Position numbers and translations under genes: made by a program. The notes under the pieces were generated by a model. That model did not search any database and was not told where the DNA came from. It worked only from the letters and a program-made list of their open reading frames with translations. Shown here one piece after another: positions 19,765-29,611 of a DNA stretch of 64,000 bases; the first letter of the stretch is position 1, and each line of letters opens with the position of its first letter. This stretch comes from Candidatus Moraniibacteriota bacterium (GTDB lineage: Bacteria > Patescibacteriota > Minisyncoccia > Moranbacterales > GCA-2747515). Location: assembly GCA_027031495.1 (NCBI GenBank), contig JALVQA010000004.1, forward strand, positions 120,070-184,069, in the 5' to 3' direction.

Positions 19765-19962
19765 ATGAAAAAGAAGGCAGATACATGTGGAAGTTGTGGA
19801 TGTGGCGGTGCCACAGATGAGTCAACAGAGGAGAAATGCACACAAACGTGCGGATCATGCGATGTTGAGTTTAAAGTGAGCGAGGATGCACGCTTTGCAA
19901 CATTGCTCATGCTTGTCCCAATGTTGACGCTTAGTGCGTTTAGTATGATGGGACTCCTGTAA
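19765..19962 (+). CDS. Small Cys-rich membrane-anchored protein (putative metal-binding)
   Basis: 65 aa: MKKKADTCGSCGCGG…CTQTCGSC with a C-terminal hydrophobic helix (FATLLMLVPMLTLSAF). No SD sequence, so it is uncertain. Confidence 0.35.
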   Translation: MKKKADTCGSCGCGGATDESTEEKCTQTCGSCDVEFKVSEDARFATLLMLVPMLTLSAFSMMGLL

Positions 19963-20147
19963 AATAGTCTTTGAGGAGAATGTTCAAAAAGGAGGGAGTA
20001 GTGTGCACGTTTTGTGAGAGGAGAGAAGGACATAGCTGTACAGCAAAAAAAAATAGTTCCTTACGTGGCAACCCTGTGTTGCCGTAAAACAAAAAAAGAC
20101 AATTAAATATAGATAGACATTTGCTATAATTATAGCTACCAAATAAA

Positions 20148-20172
20148 ACCCACTCTTAGCGAGAGCGGGTTT
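20148..20172. terminator. Terminator hairpin (cccactct…agagcggg) downstream of efp
   Basis: On the minus strand this gives aaaacccgctctcgctaagagtgggtttt, a stem-loop flanked by T-run and A-run just after the efp stop. Confidence 0.4.
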
Positions 20173-20199
20173 TTACTATTGCGCAAAAAATGCGTCCTT

Positions 20200-20763
20200 T
20201 TATTCTTTACCAGCGTAAGTACCTTTATCAGTGTTGACAATAATGCGATCGCCAACGGAAATAAAAAGAGGTGTCGTGATTTTTGCGCCGGTACGTACAG
20301 TAACGACTTTGTCGCCGCCGGCGCTTGTATTACCCTTGATTGATGGCGGCGCTTCAATAACTTCCAGTGCTACCTTCACGGGAAGGCGGAGATCAATAGG
20401 TTGGCCATTAAATACCATAAGAGTCACTTCAAGACCTTCTGTGAGAAATTTTGCTGCGTCGGCAACAATATCCGCATCAAGTGTGAACTGTTCGTAGGAA
20501 TTCATATCCATAAAGGTGTATGTATCACCGTCTTTATAAAGATATTGTGCTTTTTGCGTATCAATATGTGCCTCTTTAACTTTGTCAGCACCTTGAAATG
20601 TTTTATCAAAGACAGCACCTGTGATGAGGTTTTTCAATTTTGTGCGCATAACAGCACCCATGCGTCCGATCTTTGAGTGCTCGTTGGACATAACCTTGTG
20701 TGGCTCATTATCAATGATAATAATCTTACCGGCTTTGATATCACTTAGTGAAAGCATAGGCAT
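20200..20763 (-). CDS. efp: Elongation factor P
   Basis: 187 aa: MLSLSDIKAGKIII…GNTSAGGDKVVTVRTGAKITTPLFI. This is a classical EF-P with three OB-like domains. Confidence 0.95.
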   Translation of the reverse strand: MPMLSLSDIKAGKIIIIDNEPHKVMSNEHSKIGRMGAVMRTKLKNLITGAVFDKTFQGADKVKEAHIDTQKAQYLYKDGDTYTFMDMNSYEQFTLDADIVADAAKFLTEGLEVTLMVFNGQPIDLRLPVKVALEVIEAPPSIKGNTSAGGDKVVTVRTGAKITTPLFISVGDRIIVNTDKGTYAGKE

Positions 20764-20789
20764 ACTTAAATATTAGAATATGAATAAAA

Positions 20790-20815
20790 CCCGCCCTTGT
20801 GAAGGTGCGGGTTTA
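20790..20815. terminator. Terminator hairpin cccgc-ccttgtgaaggt-gcggg with T-run (rpsR operon terminator)
   Basis: The stem-loop is read directly. On the minus strand a T-run follows it just after the rpsR stop. Confidence 0.45.
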
Positions 20816-20820
20816 TTTTT

Positions 20821-21024
20821 TTACTTCACGACGTATGGGAGGAGACCCATGTAGCGTGCACGCTTAATGGCTTTTGCGATCTTTCTTTGACATGATGCGC
20901 TAACATTATAGCGCTTTGGCGGATAAATTTTTCCTTGTGAGTTTAGGAAGCGTCGCAAAAAAGCAACATCTTTGTAGTCGATAACGTCGATTTTCTTTCC
21001 ACCAATAATACAAGGTTTTTTCAT
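20821..21024 (-). CDS. rpsR: 30S ribosomal protein S18
   Basis: IDYKDVAFLRRFLNSQGKIYPPKRYNVSASCQRKIAKAIKRARYMGLLPY matches the S18 core. Confidence 0.9.
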   Translation of the reverse strand: MKKPCIIGGKKIDVIDYKDVAFLRRFLNSQGKIYPPKRYNVSASCQRKIAKAIKRARYMGLLPYVVK

Positions 21025-21067
21025 AGGTTTCTTGTTATACTAATTACAGTAGGAATAGTGTAGAGTT

Positions 21068-21562
21068 CTAAAACGGTACATCTTCAATGTTGATATCATC
21101 TACATCATCAAGATTAATCGTCGGGATATCATCCGCTTTCTGTTGCGTGGTTTTCGTTGGTGTGATAGCGGTATTTTGTGTCGATTGAGGTGCAGTAGCT
21201 TGCTGTGTAGAGCGTCCTCCGTAATTTGTGCCTTGCGGCTTTGCACCCATTTGCATATTTTCTGCAATAATTTCAGTGACATAACGATCAGATCCGTCCT
21301 TTGCCTGATACTTACGCGTCTGGAGACGACCTTCAAAATATGCCTCTTGACCTTTTACAAGATACTGTCCGGCAATTTCACCAAGCTTTCCCCACAGAAC
21401 GATATTATGGTACTCTGACTGCTCCTGTTTTTGACCATTTTTATCTGTCCAATTGCGGTTTGTTGCAAGGCTAATACTTGTGACGGTCTGGCCGCTCTGT
21501 GTCGTGCGCACTTCAGGATCGCGCGTGAGACGTCCGATGAGTTGTACTTTATTGAGATTCAT
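21068..21562 (-). CDS. ssb: Single-stranded DNA-binding protein
   Basis: OB fold NKVQLIGRLTRDPE…W..V.WGKLAE and an acidic C-terminal tail …DDVDDINIEDVPF. The start is trimmed to MNLNKVQ. Confidence 0.9.
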   Translation of the reverse strand: MNLNKVQLIGRLTRDPEVRTTQSGQTVTSISLATNRNWTDKNGQKQEQSEYHNIVLWGKLGEIAGQYLVKGQEAYFEGRLQTRKYQAKDGSDRYVTEIIAENMQMGAKPQGTNYGGRSTQQATAPQSTQNTAITPTKTTQQKADDIPTINLDDVDDINIEDVPF

Positions 21563-21645
21563 AATGTTGTATTTGTTGTTGTAGTGAGTTAGCATCATTT
21601 GTGCATGTCGTACCAGGTACGTTTTTTATGGTGGCGTTGTTACCG

Positions 21646-22101
21646 TTAGATATGCAGCGCCTCGTCAACTTGTTTGTCAAGCACTTCACTGGAGACATTT
21701 GCATTTTCTCGCAATTCTCGCTCTTGTTGTTTCTTGATGCGTAGTGCTACTTTTTCTTCCTTTGTCATGAGAGGTGGCAAGTCTTCTGCTTTAACAATTA
21801 ATGCGCGAAGAATACCTGTGTGAAGCCGAAGTTCGCGGTTGATTTCAGCAATAACGTGTGGTGTATACTCAATACCTTGCTCTTCGCACTCATCACGATC
21901 AGGGAGTGTGAAGCGTTGAGCTACGTAAAGGCCGTTACGCTCATGTTTAATTTCATACGCAAGACGATGTTCTTCTGTAACTTGTTTATCAAGCCATGTG
22001 CCGCCGTATTTTTCGACGATAGCATGAACATCGTCGTTAATTTTTTTGAAGTCACCCTTGCGTGATTCGCCGATGAGATAGAGAAGTTCGTATTCTTTCA
22101 T
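21646..22101 (-). CDS. rpsF: 30S ribosomal protein S6
   Basis: MKEYELLYLI…W..R.LAYEI S6 pattern, with conserved rpsF-ssb-rpsR gene order. Confidence 0.8.
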   Translation of the reverse strand: MKEYELLYLIGESRKGDFKKINDDVHAIVEKYGGTWLDKQVTEEHRLAYEIKHERNGLYVAQRFTLPDRDECEEQGIEYTPHVIAEINRELRLHTGILRALIVKAEDLPPLMTKEEKVALRIKKQQERELRENANVSSEVLDKQVDEALHI

Positions 22102-22308
22102 AGAAAATGTGTTAAAAATGGATTAAAAAAACACGCAAACAACGTCCACGTGCAAAAACTACTCCGTTTCTGTTAAAGATAACAAAAACGAACAATCACA
22201 TCCAATCTTGCGTAGCCACAAGCGGGATGTATTATGGACTTTGCTTGTTTGTATAAAACTCTAGCACACTATGGACGTTTTGGCAATAGGGCTGTATGAT
22301 GAAGTGAT

Positions 22309-23823
22309 ATGAAAAGGAAAAGGAAGTGGCATCTTACTGCCGCACAACAGCCTATTCGTAATTTTGTTCATACACTTGAAGAGACGCCGATATCTCTCAG
22401 TGGTTTTTTTGTTGCATTCACAACGATTATTATTGTGCGCATGATGGAGCAGCAATGGCTGGATGGCTTCCCGCACTATAGTGCACAGGGACAATTTTTT
22501 GAGTTTGCGCAAACTTTTCTTTTCTTCTTATTTTCCATGATTCTTTTCATGTTTCTTTTCTATGGCATAGTACGTGTGCGTCCTGAAAAGTCTGCCAATG
22601 TTCTTCTGGTCGGTTTTTTAATTATGCTTTTCCCTCCGCTTTTTGACACACTGCGTTTTGGTATTTTTTGGAGCTACTACGAGTTTGGGGGTATCAATGA
22701 CATGCTCCGTGCTTTGTGGACAGTTTTTGCGACAACGCCAAGTATGGGTGTGACAGACGGTAATCGTATAGAAATTGTTTTATCTGCAATCGTCCTCGGT
22801 TTTTACGCTTATATGCACACAAAAAGTCGTTTGCGTGGCATATATATGGCATGTGCCACGTATCTTATTCTTTTTGTGCTTGCATCATTGCCATCATGGA
22901 TTGCAATTATGGTTTATGGGTGGCAGCATGGTTTTTCTGCAGTTAGTGGCGTGCACGTTGCACAAATGTTTTTGTCACCAAACCCGGTGCTCGTACGTGA
23001 TATCAAAGATATAAATATCGTGCTTCATTTACACATGAGCATCATATACGCATTAGGAGTTGGTGTGAGTGGCATCCTTTTGACACGTACATTTTTTGGT
23101 AATGTTTGGCGTATTATCAAGCGTGCTTTTATGCATTATGACAACATGGTGGCGCTTACCTTCTTTGGTGGTGGCATTGGCATGGTCTTTATCTTCGGTT
23201 TGCAGTCATTGTCTCTTTTTTCTCTCAGTTTTTTTGCAATCCCTGCGCTGCTTCTTCTTGTTGTAGCTGTGTTTTCTCTCAGTGCCGGTAGCGTGCTCTT
23301 ATATAAACATATTGACAAAAATGGCAGCGGGCGTGTTGTTGCTATCCCTGTACTTATTTATGCACTTTTTTCTGGCACAATTGTTAACAATTTCATTGGC
23401 GTGCTCATGCTTGGAATAATAGCAGTTACGCTTATTGGCACTCTAAGGCCATTTGAGTTTTATAGGTATATTGCCATACACTCTCTTCTTTATAGCGTGC
23501 GCAATATACTGTTTTACATGATTGGTATAGCGGCAGTATTTGATAATACTGATACAGTGCTGACTGGATGGCGCTTTCTTGTTTTTATCGCACTACTTTC
23601 CATTGGTCTTATACTTACGATAAGAATGCGTCCATCACGAAAATTCTTTGGTATACCGCTATATTATATTCTTTCATTGTATTGGTTCTTTCTTATGCTA
23701 TCATCTCTTGTATTTTTTAATATTTTTGCATATAAGTGGTTTATTTTATGTGTTGCATTCTGCCTCTCTTATGCTTTATATGCATGGGGACAGGGTGTTT
23801 GTGCGCGAAAATATGGCGTATAG
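22309..23823 (+). CDS. Hypothetical polytopic membrane protein (about 12 TM helices)
   Basis: 504 aa and highly hydrophobic. No catalytic motif recognised. Confidence 0.5.
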   Translation: MKRKRKWHLTAAQQPIRNFVHTLEETPISLSGFFVAFTTIIIVRMMEQQWLDGFPHYSAQGQFFEFAQTFLFFLFSMILFMFLFYGIVRVRPEKSANVLLVGFLIMLFPPLFDTLRFGIFWSYYEFGGINDMLRALWTVFATTPSMGVTDGNRIEIVLSAIVLGFYAYMHTKSRLRGIYMACATYLILFVLASLPSWIAIMVYGWQHGFSAVSGVHVAQMFLSPNPVLVRDIKDINIVLHLHMSIIYALGVGVSGILLTRTFFGNVWRIIKRAFMHYDNMVALTFFGGGIGMVFIFGLQSLSLFSLSFFAIPALLLLVVAVFSLSAGSVLLYKHIDKNGSGRVVAIPVLIYALFSGTIVNNFIGVLMLGIIAVTLIGTLRPFEFYRYIAIHSLLYSVRNILFYMIGIAAVFDNTDTVLTGWRFLVFIALLSIGLILTIRMRPSRKFFGIPLYYILSLYWFFLMLSSLVFFNIFAYKWFILCVAFCLSYALYAWGQGVCARKYGV

Positions 23824-23890
23824 ATTATTTTATGGACGCTTTTTGTGAAACATGGTACTATGGAAGGGGATTTTTTATCTATATAGAGAA

Positions 23891-24847
23891 ATGAAAAAGT
23901 ATCGCACATTGCTGTTAATGAGTACTCTTGTTGTTGTTGGCGGTTTTTCCTTTGTTTTTGCTGCACAGGAGCACCGCACGTCGACTTTGTCGCTAGCGGC
24001 TGATCGTGATCAAGATGGGTTAAGTAATGAAGAGGAAGCACTCTATGGTACAGATCCTGACCGTCGTGATACGGATAATGATGGGTATTCCGATGGTGTT
24101 GAGGTGCGTAGCGGTTATGATCCACTTGTGCCAGCGTCTGAAGGAGATCGTCTCATCGGTATTGATGGCAATGTCGCACAATCTATTAGTGGAGAGGATA
24201 TTGCGCAAGCACGCCATCTAACAAATGAATTGCGTACGCGTGTTGCCGGTATTGCTTTTGATGTAATGAGTGGAAAACAAGTATCGTTAGATGATATAGA
24301 TAAGGAGATGAATGATCTGCTTGAAGGTATTGACACATTTGACATGCCACCGCTAACAGTTGATGATATTCGCATCAAAAAACAGGATTATGGTGATTTG
24401 AGTGAGAATGATCGGAAGGAGCGTGTACGTAAAGATGTGCTTGATTATATAACGGCACTCTCTTATATTATTTCACTCTATGCACCACGTCCGCTTAATA
24501 CACTTGATGAAATAGATCGCTTTGCACAAGAAGTGATAGCAGAAACGGCAAAATTGGAGGATGACTATACAAATATATCCTACTTTAAGAAGATGCTTCC
24601 GCGTGGCGAAAAGATGTTGCGAGAGTTACATAATCTTGAAGTGCCAGAGGTAATGCTGCCACTTCATATGGAAGGTCTCCGACTAGCTTATGCGGCGATA
24701 TCTGTGGGGAAATCGTTTGACAATGTCTCACAGGATGATCCCGCTGGTCTTGCTGTAGCGTTTGCGAGAGCACAAGCGGTTATAAGTCTTGCTGTTGAAT
24801 TTTCTGACAAAGTTGATGAACAGTTGAGTAAATATAATATTAATTAG
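23891..24847 (+). CDS. Secreted protein with thrombospondin-type-3-like acidic Ca-binding repeats
   Basis: Signal peptide MKKYRTLLLMSTLVVVGGFSFVFAA. Repeats DRDQDGLSNEEE and DTDNDGYSDGVE resemble the sortase N-terminus at 17223. Confidence 0.5.
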   Translation: MKKYRTLLLMSTLVVVGGFSFVFAAQEHRTSTLSLAADRDQDGLSNEEEALYGTDPDRRDTDNDGYSDGVEVRSGYDPLVPASEGDRLIGIDGNVAQSISGEDIAQARHLTNELRTRVAGIAFDVMSGKQVSLDDIDKEMNDLLEGIDTFDMPPLTVDDIRIKKQDYGDLSENDRKERVRKDVLDYITALSYIISLYAPRPLNTLDEIDRFAQEVIAETAKLEDDYTNISYFKKMLPRGEKMLRELHNLEVPEVMLPLHMEGLRLAYAAISVGKSFDNVSQDDPAGLAVAFARAQAVISLAVEFSDKVDEQLSKYNIN

Positions 24848-24878
24848 CTATGTTCTTACATAGCAACGGAGGAGAATT

Positions 24879-25781
24879 ATGTCAACACTTTCTATAAAAA
24901 AACGCGCTTTTTTAATGACAATCATGATTATGTTTGTGACGGTATTTAGTGTGCCGCATACTGCACATGCACAATCATGGGGTGATAATCCAGCATCACA
25001 GATCTTTAAGGAAATGCTTTCAAAGGCATCGGAGATTATTAAAGACATTCAGCATGCGTTTATTATTACGGTCTTGATTTATAGTATGGAGCGACAGATT
25101 AGTCACATTGTTGATAAGGCTGGTGGCTCAATTAGTGGTGTAAGTGGATGGCGCGACTATCTCAAAAAAGCTGATGATGTCGCAAAAGTAAAAACAAAAA
25201 ATGAACTTGCGCACTTAACGCGAGGAGGAGCGTTAAATCTTACACGTGATAATGGTGACAGTTTATCTAATCGCGTTTCTGATATTGCAAATAGCGCTCT
25301 CAGTGAAAAGAAATTTAGCAAAGTATCATCAACACGTGAGTTTTTGCGTGGTAATGTTAAGAATACGGTAAATCCAAATACGGGAAAGAGTAATGTAAGC
25401 AATATTGCTGCACTTACCGATATATTTAGTAATCCTCTCAATAATCTAATGGCTGGCCAGGTTGCAAAAGATATGTATGAGGAAATACGTGAGGATGAGA
25501 AAGAGGCGCTCATTCTAAAGCAGACCGGTTACGGTTACAATAGTAAGCGGCCAAGAGAAACTGCAGCAACAGTCGCATCATTGCGTCAAGAAACTGTTAG
25601 TACGGCATTGGAAGGTGTGACACCATTGACGAGGCCGATTATCTCTACAGTACTCAATCGTTTTATGAGCGGATTGAGTAGTAAGGTTGACAATGGAATG
25701 CAGAAAGTTATTAATGCAAAGAATGATCTCAGTGATTACTACAACAAAACTGGTAATTCCAAGCAATTTGAGCCACTATAG
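24879..25781 (+). CDS. Secreted hypothetical protein
   Basis: Signal peptide …FSVPHTAHAQ, then a hydrophilic Ser/Asn-rich 270 aa. Confidence 0.45.
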   Translation: MSTLSIKKRAFLMTIMIMFVTVFSVPHTAHAQSWGDNPASQIFKEMLSKASEIIKDIQHAFIITVLIYSMERQISHIVDKAGGSISGVSGWRDYLKKADDVAKVKTKNELAHLTRGGALNLTRDNGDSLSNRVSDIANSALSEKKFSKVSSTREFLRGNVKNTVNPNTGKSNVSNIAALTDIFSNPLNNLMAGQVAKDMYEEIREDEKEALILKQTGYGYNSKRPRETAATVASLRQETVSTALEGVTPLTRPIISTVLNRFMSGLSSKVDNGMQKVINAKNDLSDYYNKTGNSKQFEPL

Positions 25782-25813
25782 GTAATCAAAGAGAGTGGTG
25801 AGGGTGGTGGAAG

Positions 25814-25887
25814 GGGTCTGTAGCTCAGCTGGTTAGAGTGCTACATTGACATTGTAGAGGTCCCCGGTTCGAGTCCGGGCAGACCCA
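25814..25887 (+). tRNA. tRNA-Val (anticodon GAC)
   Basis: 74-nt cloverleaf folded by hand: acceptor gggtctg/cagaccc, anticodon loop ttGACat, T-loop ttcgagt. Confidence 0.85.
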
Positions 25888-25903
25888 CGTTACAATAAAA
25901 AAA

Positions 25904-25927
25904 CCATTCACATGAATGGTTTTTTAT
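25904..25927. terminator. Bidirectional terminator aaccattcacatgaatggtt with flanking A-run and T-run
   Basis: Perfect palindrome between tRNA-Val (+) and the ftsH stop (-). Confidence 0.5.
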
Positions 25928-25949
25928 AATGTCCTTTTTGTTCTGTATA

Positions 25950-27884
25950 CTACTTGATATCGTCAGGGGTGAGTTCTTTTTGTTGTGATGCCATGCTCTG
26001 CTTTTCATCTGTATTCTTTTTATTGCTATCTGTGTCAGACTGTGACTTTTTTTGCGCATATTCTTTCCCTGTCAAAATAGCTTCAAATTCCTCTTTCTCA
26101 ACAACCTCTTTTTCAAGCAATGTTTGTGCAAGTTTTTCAAGAATATCACGCTTTTGTGTAAGAATTTTTTCTGCGCGACGTTGTGCTTCCTTGATATATT
26201 GCGAAACTTTTTTATCAATTTCGTCTGCTGTACGGTCTGAGTAATCACGTTCTTCTGTGAAATCACGTCCAAGAAAGACCATCTCTTCTTTCTTTCCAAA
26301 CGTGCGTGCACCAAGATCGCTCATACCGTAGCGCGTAATCATGTTACGTGCCATGTGTGTTGCACGTTCAAGATCGTTTGATGGGCCTGTCGTCACGTCA
26401 CCGAATACAAGACGCTCCGCTGTATAGCCGCCAAGGAGGACAGAGAGTTCGTCAAGAAAATACTTTGATGAACGAAGTGTTTTGTCCTTTTCTGGTACGA
26501 GAAGTGTATACCCGCCGGCACTACCACGTGAGATAATTGATACTTTATGAACAGGATCGGCATGTTTTAGACTTGCACCAACAATGGCATGCCCACTTTC
26601 ATGATATGCAACAATCTTTGTTTCTTCTTCGTCCATACGACGACTTTTGCGCGCCGGACCCATCACCACTTTCTCAATTGCTTCTGTAATATCCTCCATT
26701 GTAATGACTTTACGATTGGCGCGTGCTGCAAGGATAGCGGCTTCATTCATGAGGTTTGCGAGATCAGCACCACTGAACCCGACAGTTCGTTGCGCAAGTC
26801 TTTCTATATTAACATCATTAGCGAGCGGTTTGTTTTTTGAGTGAATCTTTATGATTGCAGTGCGTCCTTTAATATCAGGCAAGTCTATTGTGACGCGACG
26901 ATCAAAGCGACCTGGACGCAAGAGTGCAGGATCGAGTACGTCTGGACGGTTTGTTGCGGCAATGACAATGACATTTGTATCTGACTCAAATCCATCCATT
27001 TCAACAAGAATTTGATTGAGTGTTTGTTCGCGCTCATCGTGGCCGCCACCGAGACCAGCGCCGCGCTGTCGACCTACAGCATCAATTTCATCGATAAATA
27101 TAATTGATGGTGCGTGCTTTTTTGCCTGTTTAAAAAGGTCGCGCACACGACTTGCGCCAACGCCGACAAACATTTCAACAAACTCACTACCGCTGATTGT
27201 GAAGAAGGGCACACCTGCTTCGCCGGCGACAGCTTTTGCAATTAACGTTTTACCTGTACCAGGAGGGCCGAGAAGAAGAACACCTTTCGGGATTTTAGCG
27301 CCAATTGCCGTAAATTTTTTCGGAAATTTAAGAAAGTCAACAACTTCGGAAAGCTCTTCTTTCGCTTCTTCATTCCCGGCTACGTCTTTAAAAAGTACGC
27401 GATTCTTCTTGTTTTTTGGGTCAAGCATGCGCGCGCGACTATTGCCGAATGAGAGTGCTTGTGCATTACCGCGTGTTGCACTCTTCATCATGAAAAACAA
27501 AAAGCCAATCACGATAAGAACAGGAATAAGAAAGGGTACGATGGAAAAGATGAAAATTTTTGCCGGACTATCTTTTTTGATTGTAAGGTCAATAGCTGCA
27601 AGTTTTTCGCGATCAACATTATAATTTGCAAGCGTTTCAGAAAGAGATGCGCCATCTTCTTTTATAGTTTTCTGCTTTGTTTTCTCCTTATCATTGAGCG
27701 TAATTGTAACAACGTTATCTTCAATGACAATGTTCTTTACTTTACCATCATTGATTTCCTGTACAAGGCGATTGAGACCAATCTCTTCTGGTGTTTTTTC
27801 TGGGGCACTATAGAGAAGAATTGTACCAGCAACAAAAAGAAAGAGAAAGAGAAAGTACGTTATTTTCTGGGAGAAATTTTTCAT
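25950..27884 (-). CDS. ftsH: ATP-dependent zinc metalloprotease FtsH
   Basis: 644 aa with an N-terminal TM pair, an AAA+ module ([26 protein letters not shown]) and the HEAGH Zn site (HESGHAIVG). Confidence 0.95.
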   Translation of the reverse strand: MKNFSQKITYFLFLFLFVAGTILLYSAPEKTPEEIGLNRLVQEINDGKVKNIVIEDNVVTITLNDKEKTKQKTIKEDGASLSETLANYNVDREKLAAIDLTIKKDSPAKIFIFSIVPFLIPVLIVIGFLFFMMKSATRGNAQALSFGNSRARMLDPKNKKNRVLFKDVAGNEEAKEELSEVVDFLKFPKKFTAIGAKIPKGVLLLGPPGTGKTLIAKAVAGEAGVPFFTISGSEFVEMFVGVGASRVRDLFKQAKKHAPSIIFIDEIDAVGRQRGAGLGGGHDEREQTLNQILVEMDGFESDTNVIVIAATNRPDVLDPALLRPGRFDRRVTIDLPDIKGRTAIIKIHSKNKPLANDVNIERLAQRTVGFSGADLANLMNEAAILAARANRKVITMEDITEAIEKVVMGPARKSRRMDEEETKIVAYHESGHAIVGASLKHADPVHKVSIISRGSAGGYTLLVPEKDKTLRSSKYFLDELSVLLGGYTAERLVFGDVTTGPSNDLERATHMARNMITRYGMSDLGARTFGKKEEMVFLGRDFTEERDYSDRTADEIDKKVSQYIKEAQRRAEKILTQKRDILEKLAQTLLEKEVVEKEEFEAILTGKEYAQKKSQSDTDSNKKNTDEKQSMASQQKELTPDDIK

Positions 27885-27968
27885 GATCTTGTGTTAATTT
27901 TTTTATACAACAAGTTTTTGGAATTATGCAAACAAGAGTTACTGCCGTGCATATAAAAGCGCATAGAT

Positions 27969-28925
27969 CTATGTATGCGCTCTCATGCTTACTGTACCAC
28001 CATTTTTTGTCAGAATCAAGGTGTGTGTGCGCATTTTTTGCGTTTTATTCTTTGTGCTCATAATAAGCGTGCGCCATTGTTCAATTATTTCGGATGATGG
28101 ATATGTGTGCGTGAGCATGTGTGCAAAATAACGCAATGTCATGCGCTGTAGTGATGTTGTTTGTGCAGAAAACGACGTGCTATCAAATGTAATGGTATTT
28201 TTATTCCGTGTGTATTGAATGATATTTTTTTGTGTGTGTCGCAGAAGCTCAGCATAATCGTCGCTAATATGTCGTGCTGTGCGCGCAAGTGTGGTAAGAA
28301 TGTTCGGATTATATCTCTTTTGTAGATGTGGCAGAAGATCGTGGCGAATGCGATTGCGTAGGTAGCGTATATCTGTGTTTGTTGTATCAGTGCCGTATGT
28401 GATGTTGTGTTGTGTGCAATAGCATTCAATATCAGCGCGTGTGCAATCAAGGAGTGGGCGTACAATTGTATCGCGCTTATAAGAAAGTGCCGAGAGTCCA
28501 ACAAGGCCGCTGCCGCGAATAAGGCGAATGAGCAACGTCTCAACAAGATCATTCAGTGTGTGACCGACAACAATAAAGTCAGCTTTTTGAGTAACACGCA
28601 CATCCTCAAAAAAAGCATAGCGGACATTACGCATCCATGCTTCATTCGTTGGGTGACGTGTATGAGAGAAGTCTTTTATGATAACGGGAATGCCATATGT
28701 GTGCGCAGCGTTTTCTACAATAGTGCGGTCACGTTGTGCGTCAGATCCACGAATGCCATAATGAACATGTGCGATGGTAAGCGTGTAGTGTCGTTTTTTA
28801 CAAAGACGGTACAAGATATCAAGAAGTGTCATTGAGTCTGGACCGCCGGAAACGCCGACAACAATACCTGCCTTATGCGGTAAGAGATTGTGTGTATGAA
28901 TTGTTTCAAGAACACGTTTATACAT
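27969..28925 (-). CDS. tilS: tRNA(Ile)-lysidine synthetase
   Basis: PP-loop GVSGGPDSMTLLDIL, and the typical position upstream of ftsH. Confidence 0.85.
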   Translation of the reverse strand: MYKRVLETIHTHNLLPHKAGIVVGVSGGPDSMTLLDILYRLCKKRHYTLTIAHVHYGIRGSDAQRDRTIVENAAHTYGIPVIIKDFSHTRHPTNEAWMRNVRYAFFEDVRVTQKADFIVVGHTLNDLVETLLIRLIRGSGLVGLSALSYKRDTIVRPLLDCTRADIECYCTQHNITYGTDTTNTDIRYLRNRIRHDLLPHLQKRYNPNILTTLARTARHISDDYAELLRHTQKNIIQYTRNKNTITFDSTSFSAQTTSLQRMTLRYFAHMLTHTYPSSEIIEQWRTLIMSTKNKTQKMRTHTLILTKNGGTVSMRAHT

Positions 28926-28961
28926 AAAATATGTGGAAAATGTTTTGTTGCGCCACTCCTT

Positions 28962-29534
28962 TTATGAGGAGATGAGAGTAACATCGCGATCCTTAAACGT
29001 TTTGAAGCGCTCAGGATGCTCTGTAATTTGTTTGATAACTGTGTCGGCAAGCTCTTTTGGTGAAGCGTGTTCTGAATTGAGAAATATATTGTATTGCGAT
29101 GGATCACCGATGGTGATGCCATAGTATTTCTTGTAGCGCTCAGCATTGTTTTTGTCGCGAAAGGCAAGATTTTGCATCGCTTCTTCCAGCGTTGTTTTGT
29201 CGCGCTTGACAATGCGCTGTGCACGTACGGCAAGTGGACAATCAAGATAAATGCGCACTTGGCAGTGGCAAAAGAATGCTGTAAGACGACCATCGAAGAC
29301 AGTATTGTCTTTTTTAAGGGAGTATGCACGCATACGTCGATCAATCTCGACATCAAAACGTGGGTCTTTGCGGGCAATTTTTTGAAATTCTTCCAATGTC
29401 ATGCCGGCTTCTTTGGCCATCGTACGCAAGATAAAACCACCTGAGTACGGTCCGTCCATAGAAAGACGCTCAACAATGTTTTGTGCGAGCGTGCCTTTAC
29501 CACTGCCCGATGTTCCGTCAATTGCAATGTTCAT
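28962..29534 (-). CDS. cmk: Cytidylate kinase
   Basis: MNIAIDGTSGSGKGT P-loop at the N-terminus. The start is trimmed from 29612 to the ATG preceding this motif. Confidence 0.8.
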   Translation of the reverse strand: MNIAIDGTSGSGKGTLAQNIVERLSMDGPYSGGFILRTMAKEAGMTLEEFQKIARKDPRFDVEIDRRMRAYSLKKDNTVFDGRLTAFFCHCQVRIYLDCPLAVRAQRIVKRDKTTLEEAMQNLAFRDKNNAERYKKYYGITIGDPSQYNIFLNSEHASPKELADTVIKQITEHPERFKTFKDRDVTLISS

Positions 29535-29611
29535 AAAATACTCTTTTAATTTTATTCTCAAGACAAAGTAAATCAAAACGTCCACAGTGAGGTGCGGACG
29601 TTTTGATGGCA

